From: a virus
Length of the DNA: 64,000 bases
Direction: 5' to 3' (one strand)
Virus record (IMG/VR): IMGVR_UViG_3300047459_000157
Location: 6,851-70,850 of that record
In this document: piece by piece, positions 31,301-40,247 of the stretch
How the letters are laid out: each line of letters begins with the position of its first letter
Numbering within the stretch: position 1 is the first letter of the stretch
The notes under the pieces: generated by a model
Seen by the model: only the letters and a program-made list of their open reading frames with translations
Databases searched by the model: none
What the model was told of the DNA's origin: nothing
Made by a program: the position numbers and the translations under genes

Positions 31301-34300
31301 CTAAAGAAAAACAAGATCAAATTAATCAGTTAGAACAAGAGATAAATAGCATAAGACAAGGTACTAAAAACGGTTTTTATAAAAAAGACGGAGATAATAA
31401 AACTAAATATCTTATACCAGATAACATGAAGAAAAACCAGAAGGTTTACACTGGTGTTCATGAGTTAGGACATGATGTGTTTGAAGATATAGCTAGAAAA
31501 GATGATTTCTTTTTTGATGACATGTCTGATGCTATATTAGATTATACGAGTAAAGCTAACCCAGGTCTGTATAATAGATTATTAGTTAGATCAAAAGCTA
31601 AAGGTTCTGAAGAACTAGTAATGGAATTTTTAGAAGATATTGCGGAGGGTAGAATAAACTTAGAAAAAGAAGGTTATTTATCTGGAATACTAGGTTATGT
31701 AGTAAATAAAAAATCTGATATACCAATACCTTTTCAAAGTAAACAAGATACTGTAGAGTGGTTAACGTCTCTTGCTAAAAAACTAAAAGACGGTGATATA
31801 AACAAAACCGCTTTGAAAAATGATATAGCAGCTGCTAGAAGACAAAGAAAAGGTGATAGAGTTAAGAAAAAAATAACTGATAAAGATGTTGAAATAAAAT
31901 CATCTGATTCACAAATTGTAACTGATATATATAATGAAAAAGGTGTTAACGGCGCTTTTGAAATTATAGAAAAATATAGAGGTATGGCTAATAAGTTAGC
32001 TAACAAATACAGAGAAGTACCTGGTTACGAAACTTATAAAGACGATTTAATACAAGAGATACTAACTGGTGAAAGAGGTGTATACGGTATGATAACTAAA
32101 TACAACCCTAAATCAGGTGTGCCTTTAGCTGCTTATATAAATAAGTATATTAAATCAAGAACTATAGAAGCTGCTAATAAGATATTAAAAACTAACTTTG
32201 AGTTAGATGTTAGCGAAGCAAGAGGTGTTGCTGCTGCTGAGTCTGAAGTATCTATAGACAATCAGGTACAAAGAAACTCTAAGCTACGAAGACAATTAAA
32301 TATACCTAACGCTGTTATAACTAAAATAAAAGCTGCGGTAGAAAAAACATTTGGTACTAGGTTACCTGATATTAATTCTAAAGACTTTAAAAAATCTTTA
32401 CAAGATAGTTATAGAACAGAGTTGTTTAAAACTATAAAAACCCTTATAGGTACTAGAACTAAGTTTAAAAATTATTTAGACAAAAACTTTGAAGCTATAT
32501 ACAAAGCTTTACCACAATCTGTTATAAACAAAAGATTCAAACCGTTTGCAGAAAACACTGGTAAAAGAGAAAAGACACCACAAGGTAACGCTATATTTAA
32601 AAAGAAAAACATAACCAAAGAAGAGTTTATAAATTATTTCTTAGGTGACAATGTTGGTAATTCAACTAAGGGCACTAGAAAAGATGCGTTAGCAGAAGCA
32701 TTAGCTCAAGAACTAGCTTTTGATGCTACTATGGAAATAGTACAAAGCCCTGAGGTAAGACAAAGAAGAGCTATGATAGCAGAGCTTGATGGTAATGCTA
32801 TTATGGATAATGACATTGCTGTTATAGCTAAACAAATAGATAGAGATCCTTCAGTAAAATTCTCTGATATATCTGTTCCAAAAGGTATTGATCCAAAATC
32901 ATATATTGAAAACACATTTATACCTCAATCAGAAACTCTTGCTCAATTAGTAAGAGATAAAGGATATGAAGAGGTTTATAGTAATTCTTTACTTGAACAA
33001 GGTTTCAATAAAGATGTTTGGAAATTTGTAGATAAATTAATTAAAGAAGGTAAGATAGATTCTGATGGTAATGTTAAATGGAAAGCGTGGGCTAAAAATA
33101 GTCCGATAAAAGAAGTTAACGGTATATATGATGTAATAAATGAAAGAGGAGCTTTAACGAACAAAAGTAGTAAAACGTTAAGAGATAATTATTTAAAAGA
33201 CGTAAAGATACTTGCTAAAGATTTAGGTAGTGATATAATGAATCTTTTTGGTAAAGACATGGAACTACTAGGTTTTGTGTATAGATTATTAGATCCAGCA
33301 GAAAATAAAAAAGATGGAACAAAAGGTCGATACTTTAAAGATAAAGAATCATTAAAGAAAGATTTAAAAAGTAAATTAAACTTACCTTTTGAAGTTGATG
33401 ACGTTAGGTTGATGAACATTAAGTTTGATTTGTTTAAGAAAATACAAAAAATACTTAATCAAGATACTACTAGAAAAAAGAAGTTAGATCAAATAAAAGA
33501 ATTAAAAGATGAAATTGACAACGCTAACGTTGCTAATATTGAATTAGGTATACATATAGCTAAATCAATGGCTAAAGGCAAAATGACTGATGTAGGTATA
33601 TACGACATGCTACAAGCTCAAAGCAATATTGTCGGTGGTTTAAAAGGTACATCAAGATTAGACTTTATACAAATATTAGACGGATCTCAAGCTGTAGGTA
33701 AAAACTATACTAAACACCCTAAGTATAAAGAAGTAAAAAAGTTTATAAAAGATAAGTTTCCTGACAAAACACCTGCTGAAGTAGAAAGCGCTGTTAAATC
33801 AGTATTAAGACCTAAGGGTGAGCACGTTGGTGCTTGGTTAAAAACAGCACAAAAAATTGCTGATGCAATATTTAACTTTAGATATAACAAAAAAGGATTA
33901 AGTGAAGCTGAGTTAGAAAATAGATTAGACAAAGAACTAAGAGAAGCTTATAAAGACCATACACAATATTTAACAGATGTTTATGATACTAAAGCTATAG
34001 ACAAACTACAAATCATTAAAGGTAAGGTTGTTATAGCTGGTTCAACAAGTGGTAAAGCTTTAGCTAGATTAGAAAACACAATTGCTGAAGGTATATTTGG
34101 TGAGTCTCGTGTTGAAAGATCTGCTAAGCTTAAAGCTGAATATGAACTAGGGCTTAAGTTTTCTTCAACAGGTAATACTAATAACTACGTTAATGTTAAA
34201 AGTAAACTAGATTTAATAAATGCTGTTAGAGCTTTACAAGCAAATCCTAATCAACCTCAAAAAGGTATTAGTGTTCTAGACTTTGATGACACATTGGCAA

Positions 34301-37041
34301 ATACAAATAGTCAAGTTATAGTTAATATGCCTGACGGTACTACAAAAGAAATAAACGCTACAGAGTTTGCATTGCAGTCAGCAACTCTTGAAGCTATGGG
34401 TGCTGAGTTTGACTTTAGTCAGTTTAACCAAGTAATAGACGGTAAGAAAGGTCCTTTCTATAATAAAGCAAAATCTCTAAGAGATAAATTTGGTAACACA
34501 GATATATTTGTTTTAACTGCTAGACCACAAGCCGCAGCAAGTGCTATACACGCATTCATGAAAGGTATAGGTTTAGAAATACCTATAGAAAACATAACAG
34601 GTTTAGAAAATGGTACTGCAGACGCAAAAGCAATGTGGATGCTAGATAAAGCAGCTAATGGTTATAATGACTTTTTATTTGCTGATGATGCTATAAAAAA
34701 TGTTAAAGCTGTTAAACAGATATTAGATGCTGTTGATGTTAAATCAAAAGTATATCAAGCTGGTAGAGTAAATCAAAAAGGTCAACCTAATTTAAAGTTT
34801 AGCGAAACAAGTACGCAAACTAAGAGTGATATACTTAATAAAATGATACAGGATAAAAAAGGTATATCTGCTAAAGCTAGATATTCTGATGCTGTTGCTA
34901 AACTAAAAGGTTCTAAAGTTGGTGGATTTAAGTTTTACTTACCACCATCTGCTCAAGACTTTGCTTTAGCTTTATATAACTTCTTACCAAAAGGTAAACA
35001 AGGTAACGCAGCTTGGAAGTTTTTCCTTGACACATTAATAAAACCTTATAACAGAGGTGTTGCTGCTTTAGATATTGCTAGAGAACAAGTAGGTATTGAC
35101 TATGACGCTTTGTTAAAAGATTTTAAAAACGTTAAAAAGAATTTAAACAAAGAAGTACCTAACAGTGCTTTTACATATCAACAAGCGGTTAGAGTTTACT
35201 TATGGCAAAAAGCTGGTTTCAATATACCTGGTATAGCTAAAAGAGATTTGTTATCTATTAATAGAATTATGAAAGCAGATCCTGAATTAAAAGCGTTTGC
35301 TGATAAACTAAGTAAACTAACAGGTATAAAAGAAGGTTATGTTAAACCTGGCGAACATTGGGTTGCTGAGTCTATTTTATCTGATTTAGCTAGTATAACT
35401 GATAAAGTTGGTAGAGCTCAGTTTTTAAAAGAGTTTACAGAAAATGTAGATGAAGTATTTGACAAAGATAATCTAAATAAAATAGAAGCTATATTTGGTA
35501 AAGCACTAAGAGATTCTTTAGAAGATAGTATATACCGTATGAAAACCGGTAGCAATAGACAGTTTGGTTCAAATAAACAGTTGAATGACTTTATGATGTG
35601 GATCAACAACTCTGTTGGTGCTACTATGTTTATAAACTTTAGATCTGCAACATTACAGTCTTTATCTTTATTTAACTATATAAACTACGGTGATAATAAT
35701 ATATTTAAAGCTGCAGCGGCTTTTGCTAACCTACCTAATTATGTAAAACATGTTGTAAAAATATTTAATTCACCTAAGCTAAAACAAAGAAGAACTGGTT
35801 TAAAGCTTAATGTACAAGAAGCTGAAATGGCAGAAGCAGCTAATAGCGGTGGTTTCAAAGGTATGTTAGCTTATTTATTAAAGATAGGTTTTACACCTAC
35901 AAGAGCTGTTGATAGTTTAGCTATTGCAACTGGTGGTGCTACTTTTCTTATAAACAGAACTAAAACATACATAAAGCAAGGCATGCCTAAAGCTGAAGCT
36001 GAAGCAAAAGCATTTGAAGATTTTTCTGAAGTAACAGAAAGAAACCAGCAGTCTGCGGATCCTTCTAAAATATCACCATTACAAGCTGGTCCATTAGGTA
36101 GAACGGTTTTTGCTTGGCAAAATACACCTTTCCAGTATAATAGAGTTATGAAAATGGCAGGTTTAGATTTAGTAAATAGAAGAATAACACCTCCTTACAA
36201 AACTCAATACCAAAGTGATATGTCTAATATTGGTAAAATAGTATACTATGGAGCTTTACAAAACTTTATATTCAATGCTATGCAGACAGGTTTATTCGCG
36301 TTGTTCTTTGATGAAGATGATTTAGCAGATAATGAAAAACAATTAGCTAAAGAGTATGGTCAAAAGTTTAGAGCGGTAAATCAAATGGGTGATACAATAC
36401 TTAGAGGATCTGGTTTACCTGGAGCTATAGTATCTACTATTAAAAATATACTACTACAGTATCACGCGCAAGAAAAGAAAGGTTGGAACGCTGATCACAC
36501 ATATACATTGATAGAAGCTATAAACATGTCACCTACATTAGGTAGTAAAGCAAGGTTAATGTACTCAGGTATACAAACTTACAAGTTTGAAAAAGATGTT
36601 ATAAACGCTAGAGGATTAGCATTAGATAGTCCATTGTGGGATATTATAGGTGCTGAAACTCAAGCAGCAACAAACATACCTTTAAGTAAAGCTATACTGT
36701 TGTTAAGAAATATACAAGGTAGCTTACAAGAAAGACATGCTACTTGGCAAAGAGTTGCTGTTGCTATGGGTTGGCCATATTATCAAATGAATATGGAGTT
36801 ATACCCTGAACACGAAGATATAAAAACTCAAGCAAAAGAAGTACGTAAAGAACAGGGTAAGATAAAAGCTAAAGAAACTAGAGAGAGAAACAAAAAGATT
36901 AAAGACGCTGCGGAAGCATTTATATTAGACAATATGTCTTGGGCTGAAGAAGATGAATACTATGATTTATCCGGTAAAGAAAGACGTGCTTGGATGAAAA
37001 AGAAAGTAGATGAATATCTAAATAATCAAGAAAACAAGTGA
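28381..37041 (+). CDS. Giant multidomain internal virion protein (zincin HExxH, sigma-region-2-like, HAD phosphatase)
   Basis: 2886 aa. HELGH at 31459-31473; DDLIQE..KYNPKSGVPLAAYI at about 32040-32140; HAD motifs DFDDT (34279), VLTAR and FADD; Gly-rich hydrophobic segments near 29930-30670. Confidence 0.75.
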   Translation: MSDFYVSSVTGEPIAKEQAQSKAKELGVTLDEYLDSYNYELALPNEADTDNNVVDNTVPEYVEPEPIALDPNTPDPSDQMFDAFELEPGEQELQDENLINKRTAKRRELFDNIEEEEAVSLLKSYFPDFKFEEATVWASSTGFPSTDAVRVTSPDGENSIKLELDIGMFDIDPYMKNEDGTPYSHIDGNYEKLKKFIKEHSVDVEGTLAAQANIGDTEIGIQDTRQTTTQLPRSGVTVTSEETYIKEYKTVSEIYNTSHLEGGAKIDDSDITAINEKYKYDPTTGTYDLSIFDTEKRKRTSGGYASPTTGIVTGSSVVEYDYQPYEAELEATRKQLTARSESSDYEFTEEDVKKFTAMNMRSQDITEKKAYVLEQFIDSQPESTQGIMQAYNLQESDKAQKESIKKSVLAENKLNEAVEKQKFMEGYIDWYQNPNQTWDFPDDYQGEVIQLANGKITPKDQYLNFINFSQQHADLIEEANSLQREAHASADQVADREAQWDLLRRDYDVWSKSGANIALGTTDILVGGAYMAHKLARFIPGVGLPSILLDDIVDDAAADYYGWSQEAREDYQRDIKFEDAFSDGNFGEFFMAEMSKQIPILASIIASGGTYAPYVVGTYSGGQEWMRLEHSNKYYGTDYGEGEMFMRSVGYGTAESVLGTLPTVWILGRGSKIMTQKFGQEWIKGAGKQYRRKMAGETLLASPMIEAGSEALTSLSQNMISYAAGDLHYSQLTQGMDHAGFVGGLMGLTLGGSQFAVGAATASITSSANLEQILDLQERYRNLEDKTSPEAKQVIRDMDNLYRAEKAKLDNIDEEGKRGYDAATRLQAEILAEAREIEASDKSNKQKQKELKDKLDKFNSLQFQRDTYRNKDSFGNAFAVLETNDKDLFDELRQKAIRSFDGKIPTEDQIKETMEKLYYDDRVDKQIEKDIDLNKRLGKSLNIVDVQGAVDVVRDIINSIKNNKDNLDENGKLTKEKQDQINQLEQEINSIRQGTKNGFYKKDGDNKTKYLIPDNMKKNQKVYTGVHELGHDVFEDIARKDDFFFDDMSDAILDYTSKANPGLYNRLLVRSKAKGSEELVMEFLEDIAEGRINLEKEGYLSGILGYVVNKKSDIPIPFQSKQDTVEWLTSLAKKLKDGDINKTALKNDIAAARRQRKGDRVKKKITDKDVEIKSSDSQIVTDIYNEKGVNGAFEIIEKYRGMANKLANKYREVPGYETYKDDLIQEILTGERGVYGMITKYNPKSGVPLAAYINKYIKSRTIEAANKILKTNFELDVSEARGVAAAESEVSIDNQVQRNSKLRRQLNIPNAVITKIKAAVEKTFGTRLPDINSKDFKKSLQDSYRTELFKTIKTLIGTRTKFKNYLDKNFEAIYKALPQSVINKRFKPFAENTGKREKTPQGNAIFKKKNITKEEFINYFLGDNVGNSTKGTRKDALAEALAQELAFDATMEIVQSPEVRQRRAMIAELDGNAIMDNDIAVIAKQIDRDPSVKFSDISVPKGIDPKSYIENTFIPQSETLAQLVRDKGYEEVYSNSLLEQGFNKDVWKFVDKLIKEGKIDSDGNVKWKAWAKNSPIKEVNGIYDVINERGALTNKSSKTLRDNYLKDVKILAKDLGSDIMNLFGKDMELLGFVYRLLDPAENKKDGTKGRYFKDKESLKKDLKSKLNLPFEVDDVRLMNIKFDLFKKIQKILNQDTTRKKKLDQIKELKDEIDNANVANIELGIHIAKSMAKGKMTDVGIYDMLQAQSNIVGGLKGTSRLDFIQILDGSQAVGKNYTKHPKYKEVKKFIKDKFPDKTPAEVESAVKSVLRPKGEHVGAWLKTAQKIADAIFNFRYNKKGLSEAELENRLDKELREAYKDHTQYLTDVYDTKAIDKLQIIKGKVVIAGSTSGKALARLENTIAEGIFGESRVERSAKLKAEYELGLKFSSTGNTNNYVNVKSKLDLINAVRALQANPNQPQKGISVLDFDDTLANTNSQVIVNMPDGTTKEINATEFALQSATLEAMGAEFDFSQFNQVIDGKKGPFYNKAKSLRDKFGNTDIFVLTARPQAAASAIHAFMKGIGLEIPIENITGLENGTADAKAMWMLDKAANGYNDFLFADDAIKNVKAVKQILDAVDVKSKVYQAGRVNQKGQPNLKFSETSTQTKSDILNKMIQDKKGISAKARYSDAVAKLKGSKVGGFKFYLPPSAQDFALALYNFLPKGKQGNAAWKFFLDTLIKPYNRGVAALDIAREQVGIDYDALLKDFKNVKKNLNKEVPNSAFTYQQAVRVYLWQKAGFNIPGIAKRDLLSINRIMKADPELKAFADKLSKLTGIKEGYVKPGEHWVAESILSDLASITDKVGRAQFLKEFTENVDEVFDKDNLNKIEAIFGKALRDSLEDSIYRMKTGSNRQFGSNKQLNDFMMWINNSVGATMFINFRSATLQSLSLFNYINYGDNNIFKAAAAFANLPNYVKHVVKIFNSPKLKQRRTGLKLNVQEAEMAEAANSGGFKGMLAYLLKIGFTPTRAVDSLAIATGGATFLINRTKTYIKQGMPKAEAEAKAFEDFSEVTERNQQSADPSKISPLQAGPLGRTVFAWQNTPFQYNRVMKMAGLDLVNRRITPPYKTQYQSDMSNIGKIVYYGALQNFIFNAMQTGLFALFFDEDDLADNEKQLAKEYGQKFRAVNQMGDTILRGSGLPGAIVSTIKNILLQYHAQEKKGWNADHTYTLIEAINMSPTLGSKARLMYSGIQTYKFEKDVINARGLALDSPLWDIIGAETQAATNIPLSKAILLLRNIQGSLQERHATWQRVAVAMGWPYYQMNMELYPEHEDIKTQAKEVRKEQGKIKAKETRERNKKIKDAAEAFILDNMSWAEEDEYYDLSGKERRAWMKKKVDEYLNNQENK

Positions 37042-37065
37042 TAATAAAAGAATAACGACTTAACT

Positions 37066-38244
37066 ATGAAAAAACTACTATTAATTGTAGCACTGCTGAT
37101 CTCTAGCAATGCTGAAGCACAATTTTTTAAAGAATTATACAAAGATTTCCTTAAGTACGGAACGTTCTATACCGCCGGTAATATAGAGAACGCTAGGTTG
37201 GTCCAACCTAATTACTTCATACGTACAGATCCTGAAGATTTTTATGGCATACCACAAGTAGAAGACAGAGCAGACTACCACCCTTTCAATTATAGATATG
37301 GTTTTGGTATTCGTAAGTTAGCTAGGTTTGATTATGAAATAAAACCTGGTAACTTTTGGACAGGTAACCAAAAGGTAGAAAAACAAATAGGTTTATCAGC
37401 ACCTACATCAGCTGTACAAGGATTAGAATATTTATTACACTGGGAAAAAGAAAGATTTAACGGTGATAAATTTGAAAACAAAAGGTTATTTGTAAGACAC
37501 ACAGGAGACTATCACATAGCTAAGTTTGAAGCTAGAGAAACTGGTAAAATAAATTTTCAATACATGTCTGGTGAATTAAGAGCCAGGTTACCTATTGGTA
37601 AGAAACTTAGTATATCTGCTGGTGCAATATATAGAACACATCAACGTCCTTACGGTTATAATCCAGTAGAAATATGGTTAAACGAACAAGATGAAAATGG
37701 TGATGCTGTAAACCCATGGTACACTCTAGGTTTTGAGTATGGTTATGATGACATATACTATTCACAAAATGATGAGTTTGGTAACTCAACATATGACTGG
37801 TATTGGGTTAACGAACAAGGAGATATTGTGGCTTATACCGATGCTGATTTTAGAGACAGAATAATGCCTGGTTTATTGAATAGATACAATCAAGAAGCTT
37901 GGGCTGATCTTGATGCTTTTGGTGAAGTTGCTCCAGTCATCGGTGCAGACTTTTACCATTACAAAAATAACTTTTGGCTACACGCTTATGGTAGCTGGAT
38001 ATTACCTTACCACAAATATATACAAGGTAATGAAGATTTCAGCTATTTACACAGAAACAGCTGGGGTAAAGGTGGACACAATAACTTATTAGACGGTGAA
38101 CAATGGAGTGACTATCAAGCTGGTTTAGTACTTGGAGTTAAGATTAGCAAATCAATCGGTTTGTTTGTTGAAGGAGAGTATACTAAATTTTGGGACACTG
38201 AAATGTTCAATTCAAACTTTGGAATTAATTATACATTTAGATAG
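37066..38244 (+). CDS. Secreted protein, predicted outer-membrane beta-barrel
   Basis: Signal peptide MKKLLLIVALLISSNAEA-Q, amphipathic aromatic-rich strands, C-terminal FGINYTFR (beta-signal-like). Confidence 0.65.
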   Translation: MKKLLLIVALLISSNAEAQFFKELYKDFLKYGTFYTAGNIENARLVQPNYFIRTDPEDFYGIPQVEDRADYHPFNYRYGFGIRKLARFDYEIKPGNFWTGNQKVEKQIGLSAPTSAVQGLEYLLHWEKERFNGDKFENKRLFVRHTGDYHIAKFEARETGKINFQYMSGELRARLPIGKKLSISAGAIYRTHQRPYGYNPVEIWLNEQDENGDAVNPWYTLGFEYGYDDIYYSQNDEFGNSTYDWYWVNEQGDIVAYTDADFRDRIMPGLLNRYNQEAWADLDAFGEVAPVIGADFYHYKNNFWLHAYGSWILPYHKYIQGNEDFSYLHRNSWGKGGHNNLLDGEQWSDYQAGLVLGVKISKSIGLFVEGEYTKFWDTEMFNSNFGINYTFR

Positions 38245-38246
38245 TC

Positions 38247-38531
38247 ATGGCAAAACAAATAGGCGAAGAAACAAAGGTAACATTAGATTTAAAAACATTA
38301 GGACTTATAGGAGCAGGCGTATTTAGCTTGGCTGCTATGTGGTTCGCTTTACAAGCTGATATAGCTTTAGCAAAAGAGTTGCCTGAACCAGTAATAGATA
38401 GAATAGAGTATGATCTAAAAGACGAGTTGATTCGCCAGACAATACTTGACACACAAGAAGATGTTGAGGCGATGAGAGATCAATTAGATAAAATTGATGA
38501 AAGATTATACGAAATACAAAAAAACAAATAA
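38247..38531 (+). CDS. Membrane-anchored coiled-coil protein
   Basis: One TM segment (LGLIGAGVFSLAAMWFAL) followed by a coiled coil. Confidence 0.55.
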   Translation: MAKQIGEETKVTLDLKTLGLIGAGVFSLAAMWFALQADIALAKELPEPVIDRIEYDLKDELIRQTILDTQEDVEAMRDQLDKIDERLYEIQKNK

Positions 38532-38532
38532 C

Positions 38533-38943
38533 ATGAAATATTTAATTTTAATTTTAATTCCATTTATATCATTAGGTCAGGTTGATGTACCAGAGGAGTA
38601 TTGGTTAAATGATTCTAACTTTGAAGATAAAATAAAAGAACATAAAGCATTTGGTGATGATCAATCACTACCAGTTGTTGTGGAGTTTTGGGCTAAATTT
38701 AATGAAGCTAATTGTTTTGCTGAGTGGCAACAAATAGAAGATGCAACTTATTATAGAGTTAACATAGCTGAAGCACCAGAAGCAAAGAAAAAATATAGAG
38801 TACGTATGGCACCTACAATAATAATATTTAAAGGTGGTATAAAAGAAACAGTTTTTAAAGCAGGATTAGACCTTGAATTACCTGCTGGTTTAAAAGAAAT
38901 TCAAGAGAGTATTAACGAAGTCAACACGGCTTCTAAATTTTAA
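38533..38943 (+). CDS. Exported thioredoxin-fold protein lacking CxxC
   Basis: Signal peptide MKYLILILIPFISLG; PVVVEFWAKFN and KYRVRMAPTIIIFKGG match the thioredoxin fold without WCxxC. Confidence 0.65.
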   Translation: MKYLILILIPFISLGQVDVPEEYWLNDSNFEDKIKEHKAFGDDQSLPVVVEFWAKFNEANCFAEWQQIEDATYYRVNIAEAPEAKKKYRVRMAPTIIIFKGGIKETVFKAGLDLELPAGLKEIQESINEVNTASKF

Positions 38944-38947
38944 AATT

Positions 38948-38983
38948 ATGTGTCCATTTTGTGAAATATGTATTTGTAAATAA
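38948..38983 (+). CDS. Possible 11-aa Cys-rich micro-ORF MCPFCEICICK
   Basis: AAAATTATG start context like other genes here; fills the gap between two ORFs. Confidence 0.35.
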   Translation: MCPFCEICICK

Positions 38984-38989
38984 TAAATT

Positions 38990-39130
38990 ATGTGGAAATT
39001 AACTAAAGAGTATTGGAAAGATATGTGGGTGTTGCTTTGGAACAAGACCACTGTAGATGATATTATAATAGCTAAAGCTAAAAACATCAAAGCAAAAGCT
39101 AAAGCTATCAAAGAAGTAATAAAAAAATAA
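38990..39130 (+). CDS. Small 46-aa protein (not in ORF track)
   Basis: MWKLTKEYWKDMWVLLWNK...KEVIKK; the stop overlaps the next ATG (TAATG). Confidence 0.55.
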   Translation: MWKLTKEYWKDMWVLLWNKTTVDDIIIAKAKNIKAKAKAIKEVIKK

Positions 39131-39591
39131 TGCAAAGAATAAGTAAACACGTAAGTTACAAGGAAGGCGTGTATAGCATAACTGCGCTAAGATTAGGTTT
39201 AAAAAACGATCCCTCTGACGATCATCTATATAACATGATAAAGGTTTCAGAAAATGTGTTTGAACCTCTTAGAACTCACGTAGGAGGTCCTATAAAGATA
39301 AATTCGTTTTATCGTGGACCTGAACTTAATAAAGCTATTGGCGGATCAGCTAAATCACAGCATTGTCACGGACAAGCAATTGATATTGATGATACATTTG
39401 GCCACGCTTCTAACGCAGAGATGTTTAATTGGATAAAAGCTAATTGCGATTACGATCAAATGATATGGGAATTTGGTACTGATGAAAACCCAAACTGGGT
39501 ACATGTCAGTTACGTTAGCGAAGAAGCAAATAGAAAAAGATGTTTAAAAGCTTACCGTAAAGACGGTAAAACTAAATATATGGTAATATGA
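39130..39591 (+). CDS. Endolysin, peptidase M15A family
   Basis: INSFYRGPELNKAIGG..SQHCHGQAID...WVHVSY, the M15 zinc-peptidase signature. Confidence 0.9.
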   Translation: MQRISKHVSYKEGVYSITALRLGLKNDPSDDHLYNMIKVSENVFEPLRTHVGGPIKINSFYRGPELNKAIGGSAKSQHCHGQAIDIDDTFGHASNAEMFNWIKANCDYDQMIWEFGTDENPNWVHVSYVSEEANRKRCLKAYRKDGKTKYMVI

Positions 39592-40016
39592 CAGATACAC
39601 AAAGAGACAAAGGAAGAGTAATAGCTATACTTACTTTATTAAGTATAATGTTATTTGCTATGCTATCTGGTTGTTCACCTTATTACTATAAATCAAATCA
39701 ACCTAAAGTAACACACGTACTCGCTTTAACAGAAGAAGGAGATACTTTAAAAATACCAATTAATTCTATTAAACCTAATGTAATATATAATGTAATAGGT
39801 TATGATTACTACAGGCCTTACAACCATAACTATTATTGGAGACCTTATAATCATAATTATAATAATTATAAACCAAACAACAATGCACATGGTAATAGCA
39901 ACTATAATAATAACAGTTCTAACAATACGCCAACTAATACGACACCTACGATCAAACCAGCAGGATCGGTAACACCACCAAATCCAGTAATCGTTAATCC
40001 AAGAAAAAATAATTAA
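39588..40016 (+). CDS. Lipoprotein (possible spanin component)
   Basis: Hydrophobic N-terminus with lipobox LSGC and an Asn/Pro-rich tail, next to the endolysin. Confidence 0.5.
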   Translation: MTDTQRDKGRVIAILTLLSIMLFAMLSGCSPYYYKSNQPKVTHVLALTEEGDTLKIPINSIKPNVIYNVIGYDYYRPYNHNYYWRPYNHNYNNYKPNNNAHGNSNYNNNSSNNTPTNTTPTIKPAGSVTPPNPVIVNPRKNN

Positions 40017-40017
40017 T

Positions 40018-40245
40018 ATGGGAAAGAAAGGTTTATGGGCAAATATCCATGCAAAAAGAAAAAGAGGAGAATCACCAGCGAAACCTGGAGATAAGAATTA
40101 TCCAACTGATAAAGCTTTAAAAGACTCACAAGCAAAAAAACATAATCACAACGTATCTATGACACCATTCAAAAGATGTTGGAAAGGATATAAAGCTGTG
40201 AAAGGTAAAAAAGCATATTCGCCTGGTAGTTGTAAAAAAGCATAA
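40018..40245 (+). CDS. Small basic protein
   Basis: GLWANIHAKRKRG and CWKGYK motifs; Lys-rich. Confidence 0.55.
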   Translation: MGKKGLWANIHAKRKRGESPAKPGDKNYPTDKALKDSQAKKHNHNVSMTPFKRCWKGYKAVKGKKAYSPGSCKKA

Positions 40246-40247
40246 CA

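Noticed and set aside
34279-34293. DFDDT read as a virion RNA polymerase catalytic motif (DFDGD/DFDID)
   Set aside because: It is preceded by a hydrophobic strand and followed by VLTAR, K and FADD, the full HAD phosphatase motif set. No double-psi barrel context is visible.
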